Shown: in pieces, positions 19,465-31,212 of the stretch
How the letters are laid out: the number at the start of each line of letters is the position of its first letter
How positions within the stretch are numbered: position 1 is the first letter of the stretch
Assembly (NCBI GenBank): GCA_037927135.1
Contig: JAXSPP010000001.1
Span: 32,001 to 96,000 of the forward strand
Direction: 5' to 3'
Source: Candidatus Pampinifervens sinense
Lineage (GTDB): Bacteria > Aquificota > Aquificia > Aquificales > Aquificaceae
Length of the DNA: 64,000 bases
Position numbers and translations under genes: made by a program
Notes under the pieces: generated by a model
The model's database searches: none
What the model saw: the letters and a program-made list of their open reading frames with translations, nothing else
Told to the model about the DNA's origin: nothing

Positions 19465-19896
19465 TTAATGCTTTTCTTCTTTACCCTCCTGAGGTGGGTT
19501 GTACAAAAAGCCTGTTATTCCACCCCAAACTATGTGTAGTATGATCAAAGATATTTGGGCGCTGGCGCTCATAGGCCTTTGAAACCACTCCGCACCACCC
19601 AAGCCACCTATCAAAGAGACAATAATTACAAATATATGCCATGCTATACCGTAAAGGATGCCCTTCACAAGACCTGGGCCAGGTATTTTGTTCCACACAA
19701 AGGGAAGGACCAAGGGAATAGCAAAGAGTGTGGCATCTATCTGGTGGTGTATAAACCAAGCCGGATCCTTAATCCCTGGGAAGAGGCCAAACAGGCCAAA
19801 CCATTTGGCATAAACCTCATCCAATAAAACCATAGCATAGCCACCCATTTGACTTGCAAAGAGGAAGCTCCAGAAGTTTACCCCCTTTATAACCAT
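19465..19896 (-). CDS. Hypothetical four-TM membrane protein with intramembrane His residues
   Basis: AGGAGGG SD; hydrophobic helices carrying HH, WH and HIVWG. Confidence 0.75.
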   Translation of the reverse strand: MVIKGVNFWSFLFASQMGGYAMVLLDEVYAKWFGLFGLFPGIKDPAWFIHHQIDATLFAIPLVLPFVWNKIPGPGLVKGILYGIAWHIFVIIVSLIGGLGGAEWFQRPMSASAQISLIILHIVWGGITGFLYNPPQEGKEEKH

Positions 19897-19987
19897 GGCG
19901 AATCCCTCCTTATAGCAAATGATATTTAATCTCTTTCTGGTGTCAATAAAAACTCCTTATATACTCTATAAGCCCTCTTTATGTGTT

Positions 19988-20368
19988 TTACTCTTGCTTT
20001 TTAATTATCTTCAGAAGGTCTTTCCTTTCTGTAAGAACTATGGATTTTATATTCTCATCCTTTTGATAGGCTTCGAGAAACTCCTTTTGTATAAACTCAA
20101 TAAGCTTTTGGATCTGGGCCTCAAGCTCTTCTATCTGTTCTTTCATCCTCAGTATGATATCTATTCCTGCAAGGTTTACGCCAAAATCCCTGCTTAGGGT
20201 GATTATAAGCTCAAGCCTTTCCAAGTCTTCATCGGTGTAATACCTTGTCCTTCCCTTGCTCCTTGTAGGCTTTATTAGCCCTTCCTTTTCATAAAGCCTT
20301 AATGTCTGTGGGTGTATGTTGAACATGCTGGCTACCACTCCTATGGTGTAAAGCCTAGTCTTCTTCAT
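19988..20368 (-). CDS. hspR: MerR-family heat-shock repressor HspR
   Basis: [17 protein letters not shown]; translationally coupled to dnaJ. Confidence 0.92.
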   Translation of the reverse strand: MKKTRLYTIGVVASMFNIHPQTLRLYEKEGLIKPTRSKGRTRYYTDEDLERLELIITLSRDFGVNLAGIDIILRMKEQIEELEAQIQKLIEFIQKEFLEAYQKDENIKSIVLTERKDLLKIIKKQE

Positions 20369-21507
20369 GTCTGCCTCTCCTTTATGCGTTTGGGTTCTGG
20401 TAGGAGTTTATCTAGTTCTTCAAGGATCTGCTTTATCCTTTTACCATCTCCAAAGATCTTATCAAAGAAGCCAAGCTTTGGAACATCTATATGTATCCTA
20501 ACAAACAGGTCTCCCCTTCCTTCTGACATAAGCTTTGGCATACCATAGCCTTCCACCCTTATAGTCTCTCCCTCTTGCACTCCAGGTGGCACCTTTACTT
20601 TGACCTTCCCACCCTCAATGGTAGGTACTTCTATTTCCGTTCCAAGTATGGCTTCCGTTATCTTTATGTAGGCATCCACATAGAGGTTGTTGCCCCTTCT
20701 TTCAAAGATAGGATGGGGTTTTACCTTTACGGTTATTATGAGGTCTCCCGGAGGGCCTCCAAACTTGCCCGCATGTCCCTTGCCCTCTGCCATTATCCTA
20801 CTTCCCGTATCCACACCCGGTGGTATCCTTACCTTTACCTCTTCCCTCTGCGGTATGGTAGCTCTACCCCTACACTTGGGACATGCTTCCCTTATAACAC
20901 CTTCACCACCGCAGGTTGGGCAAGTTTGAGATATGGTTATGAAGAACTGCCTTTGAACTACCTCACCCCTTCCACCGCAGGTGGGACATACCCTTTCACC
21001 CTTTGTAGGATCGTAGCCCCTTCCACCGCAGACATCACAGGCCACCTCCCTCACTAAGGGTATGCTCACCACCGTGCCTCTAAAGGCTTCTTCTAAGCTT
21101 AACTCCACTGTGTAGTATATGTCCTCTCCCTTTATAGGTCTTCTCTGCTCCCTTCTCCTCCTTCTTGTGGCTCTTTCAAAGATGTCTTCAAAGCCGAAGT
21201 TTTTGAACACCTCTTCAAAGATGTCACCTATGTTTTGGAAGACCACCTCTTGATACTCTTGGCCTCCGGGTTGTGCAGAAAAGGCCGCATGGCCATACTG
21301 ATCGTAGAGCTTTCTCTTCTCTGGATCGGAAAGCACCTGGTAGGCCTCGTTTATCTCTTTGAACTTCTCTTGAGCCTCTGGGTCCTTGTTAAAGTCTGGA
21401 TGATACTTTCTGGCAAGCCTACGGTATGCCTTCTTTATCTCCTCTTGGGTGGCGTTCCTCGGCACTCCAAGTATCTCGTAGTAATCCTTCTTAGTTGAGT
21501 TCGCCAT
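20365..21507 (-). CDS. dnaJ: Chaperone DnaJ
   Basis: J-domain HPD, four CxxCxGx repeats, C-terminal domains. Confidence 0.96.
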   Translation of the reverse strand: MANSTKKDYYEILGVPRNATQEEIKKAYRRLARKYHPDFNKDPEAQEKFKEINEAYQVLSDPEKRKLYDQYGHAAFSAQPGGQEYQEVVFQNIGDIFEEVFKNFGFEDIFERATRRRRREQRRPIKGEDIYYTVELSLEEAFRGTVVSIPLVREVACDVCGGRGYDPTKGERVCPTCGGRGEVVQRQFFITISQTCPTCGGEGVIREACPKCRGRATIPQREEVKVRIPPGVDTGSRIMAEGKGHAGKFGGPPGDLIITVKVKPHPIFERRGNNLYVDAYIKITEAILGTEIEVPTIEGGKVKVKVPPGVQEGETIRVEGYGMPKLMSEGRGDLFVRIHIDVPKLGFFDKIFGDGKRIKQILEELDKLLPEPKRIKERQT

Positions 21508-21539
21508 GTAAATAGATTTTAGTCAAGTTTTATCAAATT

Positions 21540-22178
21540 TCAAGGGCCCGCCACCATGCAGAAAAAGCCCCCTTCTGGATGAAAGCCCTCTTTTATTTCC
21601 TTGTTTTTTACAGGCCTTTGATCCTGTGGCTCTTCAAAGAGGGTGCTAAAAACTCTTTTGAGTTCAAAGCCAGCATCTTTTAGCATATTACTTACCTCGC
21701 AAAAGCTGTAAAACTTAGCATGAGAGTATATAGGGTGGCCTTTCTTTGCCTTTTTTATATAAAACTTAGCCCAAGGGCTCTCAGAGAGCACAAGCCCTAA
21801 AAAGAGCCTTCCATCCTCCCTTAGCACCCTCCTTGCAGACCTAAGGGCCTTCAGAGGGTCTTCAAAAAAGCAAAGGGAAACAATCATAAAGATGCTTTTA
21901 AAACTTCCGTCCTTGAAAGGAAGCTCCTCAGCCCTTGCCATAAGGACCTTTAGACCTCTGCCTTTTGCCATCTTCAAAAGCTCAAAGGAGGTGTCCACAC
22001 CCACATCCACATTCAAAGCCTTGGCAAACCTTCCACTGCCCACTCCCACCTCAAGGGAAGGACCTTCTATTGGACCACACCTTTTTAAACACTCAACCTC
22101 CAGAGGAAAAACGGAACTTCCAAAGGGCAAATCGTACCAAAGGTCATACCTTTCTGCATAAAGGTCAAATACTCTCAT
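21540..22178 (-). CDS. Class I SAM-dependent methyltransferase
   Basis: LEVGVGSGRF, GVD, AEELPF. Confidence 0.9.
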   Translation of the reverse strand: MRVFDLYAERYDLWYDLPFGSSVFPLEVECLKRCGPIEGPSLEVGVGSGRFAKALNVDVGVDTSFELLKMAKGRGLKVLMARAEELPFKDGSFKSIFMIVSLCFFEDPLKALRSARRVLREDGRLFLGLVLSESPWAKFYIKKAKKGHPIYSHAKFYSFCEVSNMLKDAGFELKRVFSTLFEEPQDQRPVKNKEIKEGFHPEGGFFCMVAGP

Positions 22179-22195
22179 ATGTTAAACTATAAACT

Positions 22196-23635
22196 ATGCT
22201 TTGGAAAAAGTCCGCCTATGAGCTTGTAAACCTCATAAAGAAAAGGGAAGTGCATCCAAAGGAGGTGCTTGAAAGCTTCTATGAGAGGTTTTCTCAAACG
22301 GAAGAAAAGGTAAAAGCCTACATCACACCCCTCTATGAGGAGGCTTTAAAAGAAGCGGAAAGGATGGACATCTCAGAAGACAAGCCCCTTTTGGGCATTC
22401 CAGTGGCCATAAAGGACAACATAAATGTGAAGGGCTATCCTACCACATGCGCCTCTAAAATACTCCAGGGCTATATATCTCCCTATGATGCTACCGTTAT
22501 AGAAAGGCTAAAGAGGGCTGGAGCCCTTATAGTGGGAAAGACAAATATGGACGAGTTTGCCATGGGCTCCTCCACCGAGTATTCTGCCTTTTTTAAGACA
22601 AGGAATCCATGGGACCTTGAGAGGGTCCCCGGTGGGTCCTCCGGTGGCTCTGCGGTGGCGGTGGCGGTGAGGTCTGCACCCCTTTCCTTGGGTTCTGATA
22701 CGGGAGGTTCTATCCGCCAACCTGCCAGCTTTTGTGGTGTTATAGGACTAAAGCCTACCTATGGTAGGGTATCCCGTTATGGCCTTGTGGCCTTTGCCTC
22801 CTCCCTTGACCAGATAGGTCCCTTTGCAAGGAAGACGGAAGACATAGCCCTCATCATGGAGGTTATCTCCGGCCATGACCCGAAGGACTCCACAAGCAGT
22901 AAAAGGGAGGTTCCAAAGTTCACACAGGAGCTTGGCAAGGATGTAAAGGGTCTGAGGGTTGGTATAGTAAAGGAGTTTATGGAAGACGGTGTGGAGGAAG
23001 GTGTCAAAAGGGCCTTTGAAGGCTTTTTAAAGGAGATGGAGAGGGAAGGAGTTTACATAGAAGAGATCTCCCTTCCCCATGTGAAATACGCCATACCCTG
23101 CTACTATATAATAGCCCCCTCCGAGGCCTCCTCCAACCTTGCCCGCTATGACGGTGTGAGGTTTGGCTACAGAACGGAGAAGTACCAAGACCTTATAGAT
23201 ATGTATTCCAAGACAAGGGACGAGGGCTTTGGCCCTGAGGTAAAGAGAAGGATACTCCTTGGCACCTTTGCCCTCTCTGCTGGCTACTATGATGCCTACT
23301 ATCTTAAGGCCATGAGGGTAAGAAGGCTCATAGCCCAAGACTTTGAAAAGGCCTTTGAAAGGGTAGACCTTATAGCCACTCCCACCTCACCAACGGTGGC
23401 CTTCCGCTTTGGAGAAAAAACAGATGACCCCATAGCCATGTACCTTTCGGATGTTTTCACCGTAAGTGTAAACTTGGCGGGCCTTCCTGGCATATCCATT
23501 CCTATAGGCATGTCCAACAACCTGCCGGTAGGCGGACAGCTCATAGGTAAGGCCTTTGATGAGGCCACCTTACTTAGAGTATCCTACTGGTGGGAACAGG
23601 TATACAAACACTACGAGATAGATCCTCCTTTGTAA
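22196..23635 (+). CDS. gatA: Asp/Glu-tRNA amidotransferase subunit A
   Basis: Amidase signature [28 protein letters not shown]. Confidence 0.97.
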   Translation: MLWKKSAYELVNLIKKREVHPKEVLESFYERFSQTEEKVKAYITPLYEEALKEAERMDISEDKPLLGIPVAIKDNINVKGYPTTCASKILQGYISPYDATVIERLKRAGALIVGKTNMDEFAMGSSTEYSAFFKTRNPWDLERVPGGSSGGSAVAVAVRSAPLSLGSDTGGSIRQPASFCGVIGLKPTYGRVSRYGLVAFASSLDQIGPFARKTEDIALIMEVISGHDPKDSTSSKREVPKFTQELGKDVKGLRVGIVKEFMEDGVEEGVKRAFEGFLKEMEREGVYIEEISLPHVKYAIPCYYIIAPSEASSNLARYDGVRFGYRTEKYQDLIDMYSKTRDEGFGPEVKRRILLGTFALSAGYYDAYYLKAMRVRRLIAQDFEKAFERVDLIATPTSPTVAFRFGEKTDDPIAMYLSDVFTVSVNLAGLPGISIPIGMSNNLPVGGQLIGKAFDEATLLRVSYWWEQVYKHYEIDPPL

Positions 23636-23656
23636 GCTCTGGTAAAATATTCACCT

Positions 23657-25450
23657 ATGCTCAAGCGCACAAAGTACTGCGGACACATCTCCGAAGAGGA
23701 CCTAAACAAAGAGGTTATCCTAAACGGGTGGGTGCATAGGATAAGGAATCATGGTGGTGTTATATTCATTGACCTAAGGGACAGAGAGGGCATAGTACAG
23801 TGCGTAGTAGAGGAGAAGGACAATCCAAAGGCTTATGACCTTGCGGACTCTTTGAGATCCGAGTATGTGGTGGCCATAAGGGGCAAGGTAAGGAGAAGAC
23901 CACCGGGCACGGAAAACCCAAAGCTAAAAACGGGCAACTACGAAGTTGTTATAGAGGATCTTGAAATTTTAAACACCTCCGAAGCACCACCCTTCCCCAT
24001 AGATGAAGAAACACCCCTCTCGGAAGAGACAAAGCTTCGCTACCGATACCTTGACCTAAGAAGGGAAAGCATGAAAGAGAACCTCCTTTTCCGACACAGG
24101 GCCTATCAGGTTGTAAGGAAGGTCTTTGTGGAAGAGGGCTTTGTGGAGATAGAAACTCCCTTCCTTACCAAATCCACACCGGAGGGTGCGAGGGACTTTT
24201 TAGTCCCTTCAAGGCTACATCCTGGTAAGTTCTACGCCCTTCCCCAATCTCCCCAGCTTTTCAAACAAATTCTAATGGTGGCTGGCTTTGACAGATACTT
24301 TCAAATAGTGAAATGTCTAAGGGATGAGGACCTAAGGGCTGACCGCCAGCCCGAGTTTACCCAGATAGACTTTGAGATGTCCTTTGTGGATGAAGAGGAT
24401 GTGATGGCCTTTAGTGAAAGGCTAATAGCCACCCTCTTTAAGGAGCTTTTGGGTGTAGAGCTCAAAAGGCCCTTTGATAGAATATCCTACGCTGAAGCCT
24501 TGGAAAGATATGGGTCTGACAAGCCAGACAGGCGCTTTGGCTTAGAGCTTATAGACCTAACGGATATCTTTTCAAACACAGAGTTTAAAGTCTTTCGCCA
24601 AGCTATAGACAATGGTGGTGTGGTAAAGGCCATAAACTTTAAAGGTTCAAACCTATCAAGGAAAGAGATTGATGAACTTGTTCAGTTTGTCCAAGGCCTT
24701 GGTGCCAAAGGCCTCGCATGGATAAAGGTGGAAGAAGACAGGCTAAACTCACCCATAGTAAAGTTCTTCTCCCAAGAGGAGACACAAAGGCTACTTGAAA
24801 GAGTTCAGGCTGAAGTGGGTGATGTTATTTTCTTCTCTGCAGACAAAAGGGAGATGGTATATAAGATCCTTGGCAATTTACGGCTACACATAGGCAGGAA
24901 GTATAATCTTATAAACACACAAAACTTTGATGTCTTTTGGGTGGTAGATTTCCCACTTATGGAGTGGGACGAAGAAGAGAAAAGGTTTGTATCTTTGCAC
25001 CACCCCTTTACCTCACCAAGGGAGGAGGACATTCCCCTTTTGAAAAAAGCCTTGGAAGTGGAAGACTTGGAGGAGAAGAAAAGGCTTGTTCATTCGGTGA
25101 GGGCAAGGGCCTATGACCTTGTGATAAACGGCTATGAGGTGGGTGGTGGGTCCATAAGGATACACAAGAGGGAGGTTCAAGAGCTTGTCTTTAGGCTTCT
25201 TCAAATATCGGATATGGAGGCAAGGGAGAAGTTTGGCTTTCTTCTTGACGCTTTAAAGTATGGTGCACCTCCCCATGGGGGCCTTGCCTTTGGCTTTGAC
25301 AGGCTCTTGGCCATTATGAGAGGCCTTGATTCCATAAGGGATGTGATAGCCTTTCCCAAGACCCAAAAGGGCATATGCCCACTAACGGGCGCACCAGACT
25401 ATGTGGAACCAAAACAGTTAAAAGAGCTTCATATAAGGGTGGTGGAGTGA
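23657..25450 (+). CDS. aspS: Aspartate-tRNA ligase (likely non-discriminating)
   Basis: RNHGG anticodon-domain motif, [30 protein letters not shown]. Confidence 0.98.
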   Translation: MLKRTKYCGHISEEDLNKEVILNGWVHRIRNHGGVIFIDLRDREGIVQCVVEEKDNPKAYDLADSLRSEYVVAIRGKVRRRPPGTENPKLKTGNYEVVIEDLEILNTSEAPPFPIDEETPLSEETKLRYRYLDLRRESMKENLLFRHRAYQVVRKVFVEEGFVEIETPFLTKSTPEGARDFLVPSRLHPGKFYALPQSPQLFKQILMVAGFDRYFQIVKCLRDEDLRADRQPEFTQIDFEMSFVDEEDVMAFSERLIATLFKELLGVELKRPFDRISYAEALERYGSDKPDRRFGLELIDLTDIFSNTEFKVFRQAIDNGGVVKAINFKGSNLSRKEIDELVQFVQGLGAKGLAWIKVEEDRLNSPIVKFFSQEETQRLLERVQAEVGDVIFFSADKREMVYKILGNLRLHIGRKYNLINTQNFDVFWVVDFPLMEWDEEEKRFVSLHHPFTSPREEDIPLLKKALEVEDLEEKKRLVHSVRARAYDLVINGYEVGGGSIRIHKREVQELVFRLLQISDMEAREKFGFLLDALKYGAPPHGGLAFGFDRLLAIMRGLDSIRDVIAFPKTQKGICPLTGAPDYVEPKQLKELHIRVVE

Positions 25451-26358
25451 TGCACCTGCGCATAGGCACAAGGAAAAGCAAGCTTGCCCTATGGCAAGCA
25501 AACTTTGTAAAGGAAAAGCTGGAAGAGAGGGGCCACACGGTAGAGCTTGTCCTTATCACCACCACAGGAGACAAAATACTGGACGCACCTTTGGCAAAGA
25601 TAGGAGGAAAGGGCCTTTTTGTAAAGGAGATAGAGGAAGCTCTATTGAGAGGTGATATAGACTTAGCGGTCCATTCCCTAAAGGATGTGCCCATGGTCCT
25701 ACCAGAGGGTCTTACCTTGGGAGCCATAACGGAAAGGGAGAACCCCTTTGATGTGCTTTTATCAAGGGACGGTAAAAGCTTGGAAGATCTTCCCAGCGGT
25801 GCAAGAGTTGGCACTTCATCCCTCAGAAGGCAGGTGCAGATAAAAAGGAGAAGGCCAGATCTGAGGGTAGAGGTCCTTCGCGGAAATGTGGACACAAGGA
25901 TAAGAAAGATGGAGGAGGGTCTTTATGATGCCATCGTGCTAGCCTATGCGGGTGTAAAGAGGATGGGCCTTGAAGACAAGATAGTCCAAGTTTTGGAAGA
26001 CTTTATACCAGCGGTGGGACAGGGTTCCCTTGCCATAGAGATAAGGGAGGAGGATGAAAGGGTAAGGTCCGCCATAGCCTTCCTTGACCACAGGGAAAGC
26101 AGGCTAAGGGCAGAGTGTGAAAGAGCCTTTTTGAGGGAGTTGCAGGGTGGCTGTCAGGTTCCCATAGGGGCCCATGCTTGGGTAAAAGGAAACACATTAA
26201 AGCTAAAGGCCTTCATCTCAGACCTTAAGGGAGAGAGGTTCATAGAAGGCTATGAAGAAGGAAGGCTGGAGGAGGCTCAAGAGATAGGAAAAAGGCTGGC
26301 AAAAAGACTTTTGGAAAGAGGTGGAGAGGCAATACTGAAAGAGATATATCAAACCTGA
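25450..26358 (+). CDS. hemC: Hydroxymethylbilane synthase
   Basis: [26 protein letters not shown] overlaps the aspS stop (ORF track starts too early). Confidence 0.97.
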   Translation: MHLRIGTRKSKLALWQANFVKEKLEERGHTVELVLITTTGDKILDAPLAKIGGKGLFVKEIEEALLRGDIDLAVHSLKDVPMVLPEGLTLGAITERENPFDVLLSRDGKSLEDLPSGARVGTSSLRRQVQIKRRRPDLRVEVLRGNVDTRIRKMEEGLYDAIVLAYAGVKRMGLEDKIVQVLEDFIPAVGQGSLAIEIREEDERVRSAIAFLDHRESRLRAECERAFLRELQGGCQVPIGAHAWVKGNTLKLKAFISDLKGERFIEGYEEGRLEEAQEIGKRLAKRLLERGGEAILKEIYQT

Positions 26359-26678
26359 CCTAAAAGCTCTTTTTTATATATCTTCCATCTTGCTGGGTCA
26401 AGCTTTGTGGAACAGCCTAAAGAAGAAAGGTCATAAACCTTAAAAGCCTGCGGGCTATCTGGTGTGCTAACAAAGAAAAAGATGGTTCCCGAAGGTATAT
26501 ACTTGTTTTCCTCCTTCCAAGTCTTCACCTTTTGCACAAGCTCAAGGAGCTTCTCTTTCACTTCTTGCGCAGACAGTTCCTCCTTTTTTCCATCCTCTTC
26601 AATGATCCACTCACCATCACTTACATTTTCTATTATCTCCACCATCCTTTCTTCAAGCACACCATAAAACCTCATCAT
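26349..26678 (-). CDS. Hypothetical protein
   Basis: 109-aa ORF coupled to the hemB stop with an AGGAGA SD; native codon usage. Confidence 0.7.
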   Translation of the reverse strand: MMRFYGVLEERMVEIIENVSDGEWIIEEDGKKEELSAQEVKEKLLELVQKVKTWKEENKYIPSGTIFFFVSTPDSPQAFKVYDLSSLGCSTKLDPARWKIYKKELLGQV

Positions 26679-27658
26679 ATCTCTCCTTTATTAATAAGCT
26701 TTGCCACATCCTTGGCAAAGTATGTGATTATCATATCTGCACCCGCACGCTTTATGGACAAAAGGGTCTCTATCATTACCTTTTTCTCATCTATCCAGCC
26801 AAGCCTTCCAGCGGCCTTTATCATGGCATACTCACCGCTTACATTGTAAGCGCACACAGGCAATAAGGTAGCCTCCTTTACCTTGGCTATTATATCCAAG
26901 TAGGCAAGGGCAGGCTTTACCATAACTATGTCCGCACCCTCTTGCACATCCAAAAGCACCTCCTTTAAGGCCTCCCTTGCATTGGCTGGGTCCATCTGGT
27001 AGCTTCTCCTGTCTCCAAAGGCTGGGGCAGATTCGGCCGCTTCTCTAAAAGGTCCATAAAAAGCTGAGGCAAACTTGGCCGAATAGGCCATTATTGGCAC
27101 ATCCTCAAAGCCAGAAGAGTCAAGGGCTTCCCTTATGGCCTTAACCATTCCATCCATCATACCAGAGGGTGCCAGCATATCCGCTCCGTTTTTTGCATGA
27201 GAAATGGCTTGTTTTTTCAGGTTTTCAAGGGTCATGTCGTTGTGCACATCACCCTTGTAAAGCACTCCGCAGTGACCATGGGAAGTGTATTCACAAAAGC
27301 AAACATCGGTTATAACATACATATCTGGCACTTCCTTTTTTATAAGCCTCAAAGCCCTCTGTATTATCCCTTCATCACTCCAGGTGTCAGAGCCCACCTC
27401 ATCCTTGTGTTCTGGAATGCCAAAGAGGATTATGGCTGGTATGCCAAGGTCTCTCACTTCTTTTACCGCATCCACCACCTTGTCAAGGCTGTAGCGGTAG
27501 ACTCCCGGCATGCTTGGCACTTCTTCCACTATGCCCTCACCGTAGCGCACAAAGATAGGGTAGATAAGGTCATCAAGGCTTAACTTTGTTTCTCTCACAA
27601 GCCTTCTTATGTTTTCATTCTTTCTTAGCCTTCTTGGCCTTAGCTTAGGAAATTCCAT
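26675..27658 (-). CDS. hemB: Porphobilinogen synthase
   Basis: [17 protein letters not shown] Zn site, FYGPFR, MVKP. ATG at 27658; the longer ORF-track start runs through the tRNA. Confidence 0.97.
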   Translation of the reverse strand: MEFPKLRPRRLRKNENIRRLVRETKLSLDDLIYPIFVRYGEGIVEEVPSMPGVYRYSLDKVVDAVKEVRDLGIPAIILFGIPEHKDEVGSDTWSDEGIIQRALRLIKKEVPDMYVITDVCFCEYTSHGHCGVLYKGDVHNDMTLENLKKQAISHAKNGADMLAPSGMMDGMVKAIREALDSSGFEDVPIMAYSAKFASAFYGPFREAAESAPAFGDRRSYQMDPANAREALKEVLLDVQEGADIVMVKPALAYLDIIAKVKEATLLPVCAYNVSGEYAMIKAAGRLGWIDEKKVMIETLLSIKRAGADMIITYFAKDVAKLINKGEI

Positions 27659-27679
27659 GGAATATAATATATACCATAA

Positions 27680-27751
27680 GCGGGCGTAGCTCAGGGGTAG
27701 AGCGTCTGCTTCCCAAGCAGGAGGTCGCGGGTTCAAATCCCGTCGCCCGCT
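27680..27751 (+). tRNA. tRNA-Gly(CCC), CCA not encoded
   Basis: Cloverleaf: acceptor GCGGGCG/CGCCCGC, D arm GCTC/GAGC, anticodon loop TTCCCAA, T loop TTCAAAT. Confidence 0.97.
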
Positions 27752-27775
27752 CTTAAAAGTGATATATTTTTATGC

Positions 27776-29425
27776 ATGAGGGTGGGAATAGTCCTTGGTA
27801 CAAAGCCCATCAGCCCTTTGGAGTTTTGGGTGGGGGTGGAGAAGGATCAAGTGGTCCAGCTAGATGATGTGCTCTACGTGGAAAGTGAAATAGGTGGTTC
27901 AATAGTCAAATATTACGGCATTGTCAGTGAAGTGCATAAGTTCCTTGAGGGAGCGGAGTTTGTCTACGATGCTCACCTTGTAAATAAGGGCCTCATTCCT
28001 GTAAACATAGCTTATATAGCCAAGATCAACGTAACGCGCGTAGAACCAGAGGTCTTTGCCCCTCCTTCACCGGGTGATGTGGTCTATAGGGCCACAGGCA
28101 AGGAGTTTGAAAAGGCCCTCTATTACGATCAGATGAAGGAGAAGATACCTGCGGGTGTGGACAGGAATGGAAACGTGGTCTATGTAAACTACCATTTTAT
28201 AAACGGTATAGAGGGAGCCCATGTGAGCATATCCGGCATGTCTGGTATAGCCACAAAAACCTCTTACGCCTTGTTCTTGCTTTATTCAATCCTTGAAAAG
28301 GCGAGCGACAAGGATAGAATACATGGAATCATATTTAACGTAAAAGGAAAGGATCTTTTGTGGATTGATAAGAAGAGTAAGGTGCTTGATGAAGAAAGCA
28401 AAGAGCTATACCGTATAATGGGTCTAAAGGCCGAGCCTTTCAAAAACGTCAAATTCTATGTTCCTCCTTCTGAAAACCACATAGACATTCCCGATTGTGA
28501 AAGGCTTGACTCAAAGGTATCTCCCTTTTATTGGAGCATGAGGGAGTTTGCGGAAGAGGGTCTTATAAAGTTTATGTTTGCGGAAGGAGAGGAAGGACTT
28601 TCCAACATACACTATGTGATTGATAAGGTGGCAAACAAGCTTTATCACCTAGCACAAAACAGTCCAGAAGACCGCCTTTTGGATGATTACGGAAGGGATA
28701 TAGACAGCTTGAAGACCTTGGAAAAGATGTTGAGGGATGCCATCAAGGATAAGGAGCAAAACAAGAGTTCGGAAGTTTATAGAAGCTGGTTTGGTGAGGC
28801 ACAGATGCAGACTGTTCAGGCCTTTTTCAGAAGGTTTAGCAGGGCATGCGATTATGTAAGTAGATTTATAAGCGATAGGTCCAACCCACCAAGATGGGAG
28901 GAAAACAGGCTTTCTGTAATAGATATAAGCAGTCTTCATAGCATAGCCAAAATGTTTGTGGTAGGAGCCATTTTAAAGAAGGTGTTCAAACAAAAGGAAA
29001 TCATTGGAAAGCCAGACCCTAAAGTTTTTGTGGTTCTTGATGAGCTAAATAAATATGCGCCAAAGGATGGATGGAGTCCCATAAAGGACGTGGTTTTGGA
29101 TATTGCGGAAAGGGGGAGAAGCTTGGGTGTGATATTGATAGGTGCACAGCAAACGGCCAGTGAGGTGGAAAAGAGGGTTATAGCCAACTCCGCTTTAAAA
29201 GTGCTTGGAAGGATGGACTCCAGTGAGGTGCTTAGCAAGGAATACGATTACCTGACCGGAAGCTTTCGCCAAAGGGCTATAATGCTAAAGAAGGGGACTA
29301 TGATCCTCTACCAACCCGATATACCCAACCCTATGATAATCAGATTTCCAAAGCCCGCATGGGCTACAAGACCTTCTGAGGTGGAGGAGGAGGTCTATGT
29401 TCCTGAAGATTTTGGCAACTTTTAG
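27776..29425 (+). CDS. HerA/FtsK-family ATPase (HAS barrel + DUF87)
   Basis: N-terminal barrel, Walker A variant GMSGIATKT, FNVKG, Walker B VVLDE, ERGRSLG, AQQ. Confidence 0.85.
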   Translation: MRVGIVLGTKPISPLEFWVGVEKDQVVQLDDVLYVESEIGGSIVKYYGIVSEVHKFLEGAEFVYDAHLVNKGLIPVNIAYIAKINVTRVEPEVFAPPSPGDVVYRATGKEFEKALYYDQMKEKIPAGVDRNGNVVYVNYHFINGIEGAHVSISGMSGIATKTSYALFLLYSILEKASDKDRIHGIIFNVKGKDLLWIDKKSKVLDEESKELYRIMGLKAEPFKNVKFYVPPSENHIDIPDCERLDSKVSPFYWSMREFAEEGLIKFMFAEGEEGLSNIHYVIDKVANKLYHLAQNSPEDRLLDDYGRDIDSLKTLEKMLRDAIKDKEQNKSSEVYRSWFGEAQMQTVQAFFRRFSRACDYVSRFISDRSNPPRWEENRLSVIDISSLHSIAKMFVVGAILKKVFKQKEIIGKPDPKVFVVLDELNKYAPKDGWSPIKDVVLDIAERGRSLGVILIGAQQTASEVEKRVIANSALKVLGRMDSSEVLSKEYDYLTGSFRQRAIMLKKGTMILYQPDIPNPMIIRFPKPAWATRPSEVEEEVYVPEDFGNF

Positions 29426-30608
29426 CCTACTGTTAGGCTTTGCCTTCTCTCAAACTGTTCTTGTAAGAACTGGAAATTATGAAGACAAGGAGCGTATAGT
29501 TTTTCAACTTGAAAGGCAAACAGATTACAAAGTTTTTACCTTAGAAAACCCTAAGAGGATAGTGGTGGATATTATGGAGGATGTGAGGGTGAGCCTTCCA
29601 AAGGGTATGGAGGCAAGAGTGGGCAAACACCCATGGGGCACAAGAATAGTATTAGAAAGGGACTTTGACGGGGTCAAAGCCTTTTCCCTTCAAAGTCCTT
29701 TTAGGATAGTGTTGGATGTTTATCACAAAAGGTCTGTGGTAGCTAAAAGAGGAGATGATGAGGAGCTTTTGGAGATAATAGATCCGAGCTTTATAAGGGT
29801 GTTGAAATATATGGAAAGGGGCAAGGAGGAAGAGAGGGTTATAAGCCAAATAAGGAAGGGTAGAATGATAACGCAGAGGAGGGTGATAGTTATTGATCCT
29901 GGGCATGGTGGGCATGACCCTGGAGCTATAGGATTTGCGGGCATTAAGGAGAAGGATGTGGTGCTTGCCATAGGTAAAAAGCTTGCAAGGCTTTTGGAGG
30001 AGGATGGGCGCTTTAGGGTGATTATGACGCGCCAAGATGATACCTTTATACCCCTTCAAGAGAGGGCCAAAATAGCCTTAAGCAACAGAGCGGACCTGCT
30101 TATAAGCATACATGCGGATGCTCATCCTCAAAAACTGCCCTATGCAAGGGGTACTACCGTATTTGCCATATCGTCTGAGGCTGCCCAGAAAAAACGCCAA
30201 AGTATAGTAAACAACGATAGCTATGCCAGGCTTGTGTTTGGAAGGTCTGATATACCAGTGCAAGCAAGGGTGGTTCTTGCAGACCTTGCGGTGGATGTAA
30301 CCTTGAATGAGAGTGTGGTTTTTGCAAGTAGATTGGCGAAGGTTTTGAGGAGAGAGCTTGGAAGGGATGTGTACTTTAGGGGTGTGCAAAGAGCTGGCTT
30401 TGCAGTTTTGAAAACACCAGGCATACCTTCCGTCCTTGTAGAGGTTGGCTTTATGACAAACCCAGAGGAGGCTCTTATGATGTCAAGTGAGGAGTTTCAA
30501 GAAAGGTTTGCAAAGGCCTTGTATCTTGCTGTAGTAGAATACTTTTTCCCAAGCACTTCAAAGATCACCTCAGCCCCAAAAGCTTATGCACCTGTGGCAA
30601 CACCCTAA
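29397..30608 (+). CDS. amiC: N-acetylmuramoyl-L-alanine amidase with AMIN domains
   Basis: IDPGHGG, SIHAD, VLVEVGF; signal peptide; P.RIV.D AMIN motifs. Confidence 0.92.
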   Translation: MFLKILATFSLLLGFAFSQTVLVRTGNYEDKERIVFQLERQTDYKVFTLENPKRIVVDIMEDVRVSLPKGMEARVGKHPWGTRIVLERDFDGVKAFSLQSPFRIVLDVYHKRSVVAKRGDDEELLEIIDPSFIRVLKYMERGKEEERVISQIRKGRMITQRRVIVIDPGHGGHDPGAIGFAGIKEKDVVLAIGKKLARLLEEDGRFRVIMTRQDDTFIPLQERAKIALSNRADLLISIHADAHPQKLPYARGTTVFAISSEAAQKKRQSIVNNDSYARLVFGRSDIPVQARVVLADLAVDVTLNESVVFASRLAKVLRRELGRDVYFRGVQRAGFAVLKTPGIPSVLVEVGFMTNPEEALMMSSEEFQERFAKALYLAVVEYFFPSTSKITSAPKAYAPVATP

Positions 30609-31212
30609 CCTCATAACCTAAGTTTAAAAGCTTGTTTTGCAGGTCTAAAGCCTTTTCAAGAAAAACAGTCTTATTGCTTTCAGGTTGAAGCACAACGCAA
30701 GACCGCTTGAGAAAGTCCTCAAAGGTCATAAGAACATCAAGAGTGAGATTTTCATCCACCACAAACTTTAGCTCCTTGGCATACTCCCTTATTTTAGGGT
30801 GCACGTACCAGCCTGCCACAGCCTTTGGAGAGCAGGTAATGTGGATGTCTTCTATCACTTCCTCAAGGTCTTCCTGCCACAAGGTTCCATTGGTTTCTAT
30901 CTGCACCGATTTCCCCCTCTTTATAAGCTCCTTTACCAGTAGGGCCAAGTTCCTTTCTGTGAAAGGCTCTCCACCCGTTATCACCACATGCCTATGAGCA
31001 TAGGAATCCACAAGGTTCAAAAGATCTTCAAGCTTTACAGAAGAGTTCTTAAAAGGTATAGCAGAAGGTTGATCACACCAAGGACACCTTAAATTACACC
31101 CTTGAATCCTTATAAAAAGGCTGGGAAGGCCTACCAGCAATCCTTCCCCTTGTATGCTTGGATAAACCTCATTTATACTTATTGAGGCATTTCTAACTTC
31201 ACTTCGTAGCAT
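30565..31212 (-). CDS. queE: 7-carboxy-7-deazaguanine synthase (radical SAM)
   Basis: [29 protein letters not shown]. Confidence 0.93.
   Translation of the reverse strand: MLRSEVRNASISINEVYPSIQGEGLLVGLPSLFIRIQGCNLRCPWCDQPSAIPFKNSSVKLEDLLNLVDSYAHRHVVITGGEPFTERNLALLVKELIKRGKSVQIETNGTLWQEDLEEVIEDIHITCSPKAVAGWYVHPKIREYAKELKFVVDENLTLDVLMTFEDFLKRSCVVLQPESNKTVFLEKALDLQNKLLNLGYEVRVLPQVHKLLGLR

Noticed and set aside
21508-21545. HAIR (HspR) operator upstream of dnaJ
   Set aside because: Only a half-site-like CTTGACT is visible on the minus strand; no convincing CTTGAGT-N7-ACTCAAG repeat.
27659-27736. N-terminal extension of hemB in the ORF track ([19 protein letters not shown])
   Set aside because: It is the antisense translation of tRNA-Gly; the real start is ATG 27658.
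27680-29425. Possible genomic island integrated at tRNA-Gly
   Set aside because: No integrase and no duplicated tRNA 3' end seen; downstream genes are housekeeping.
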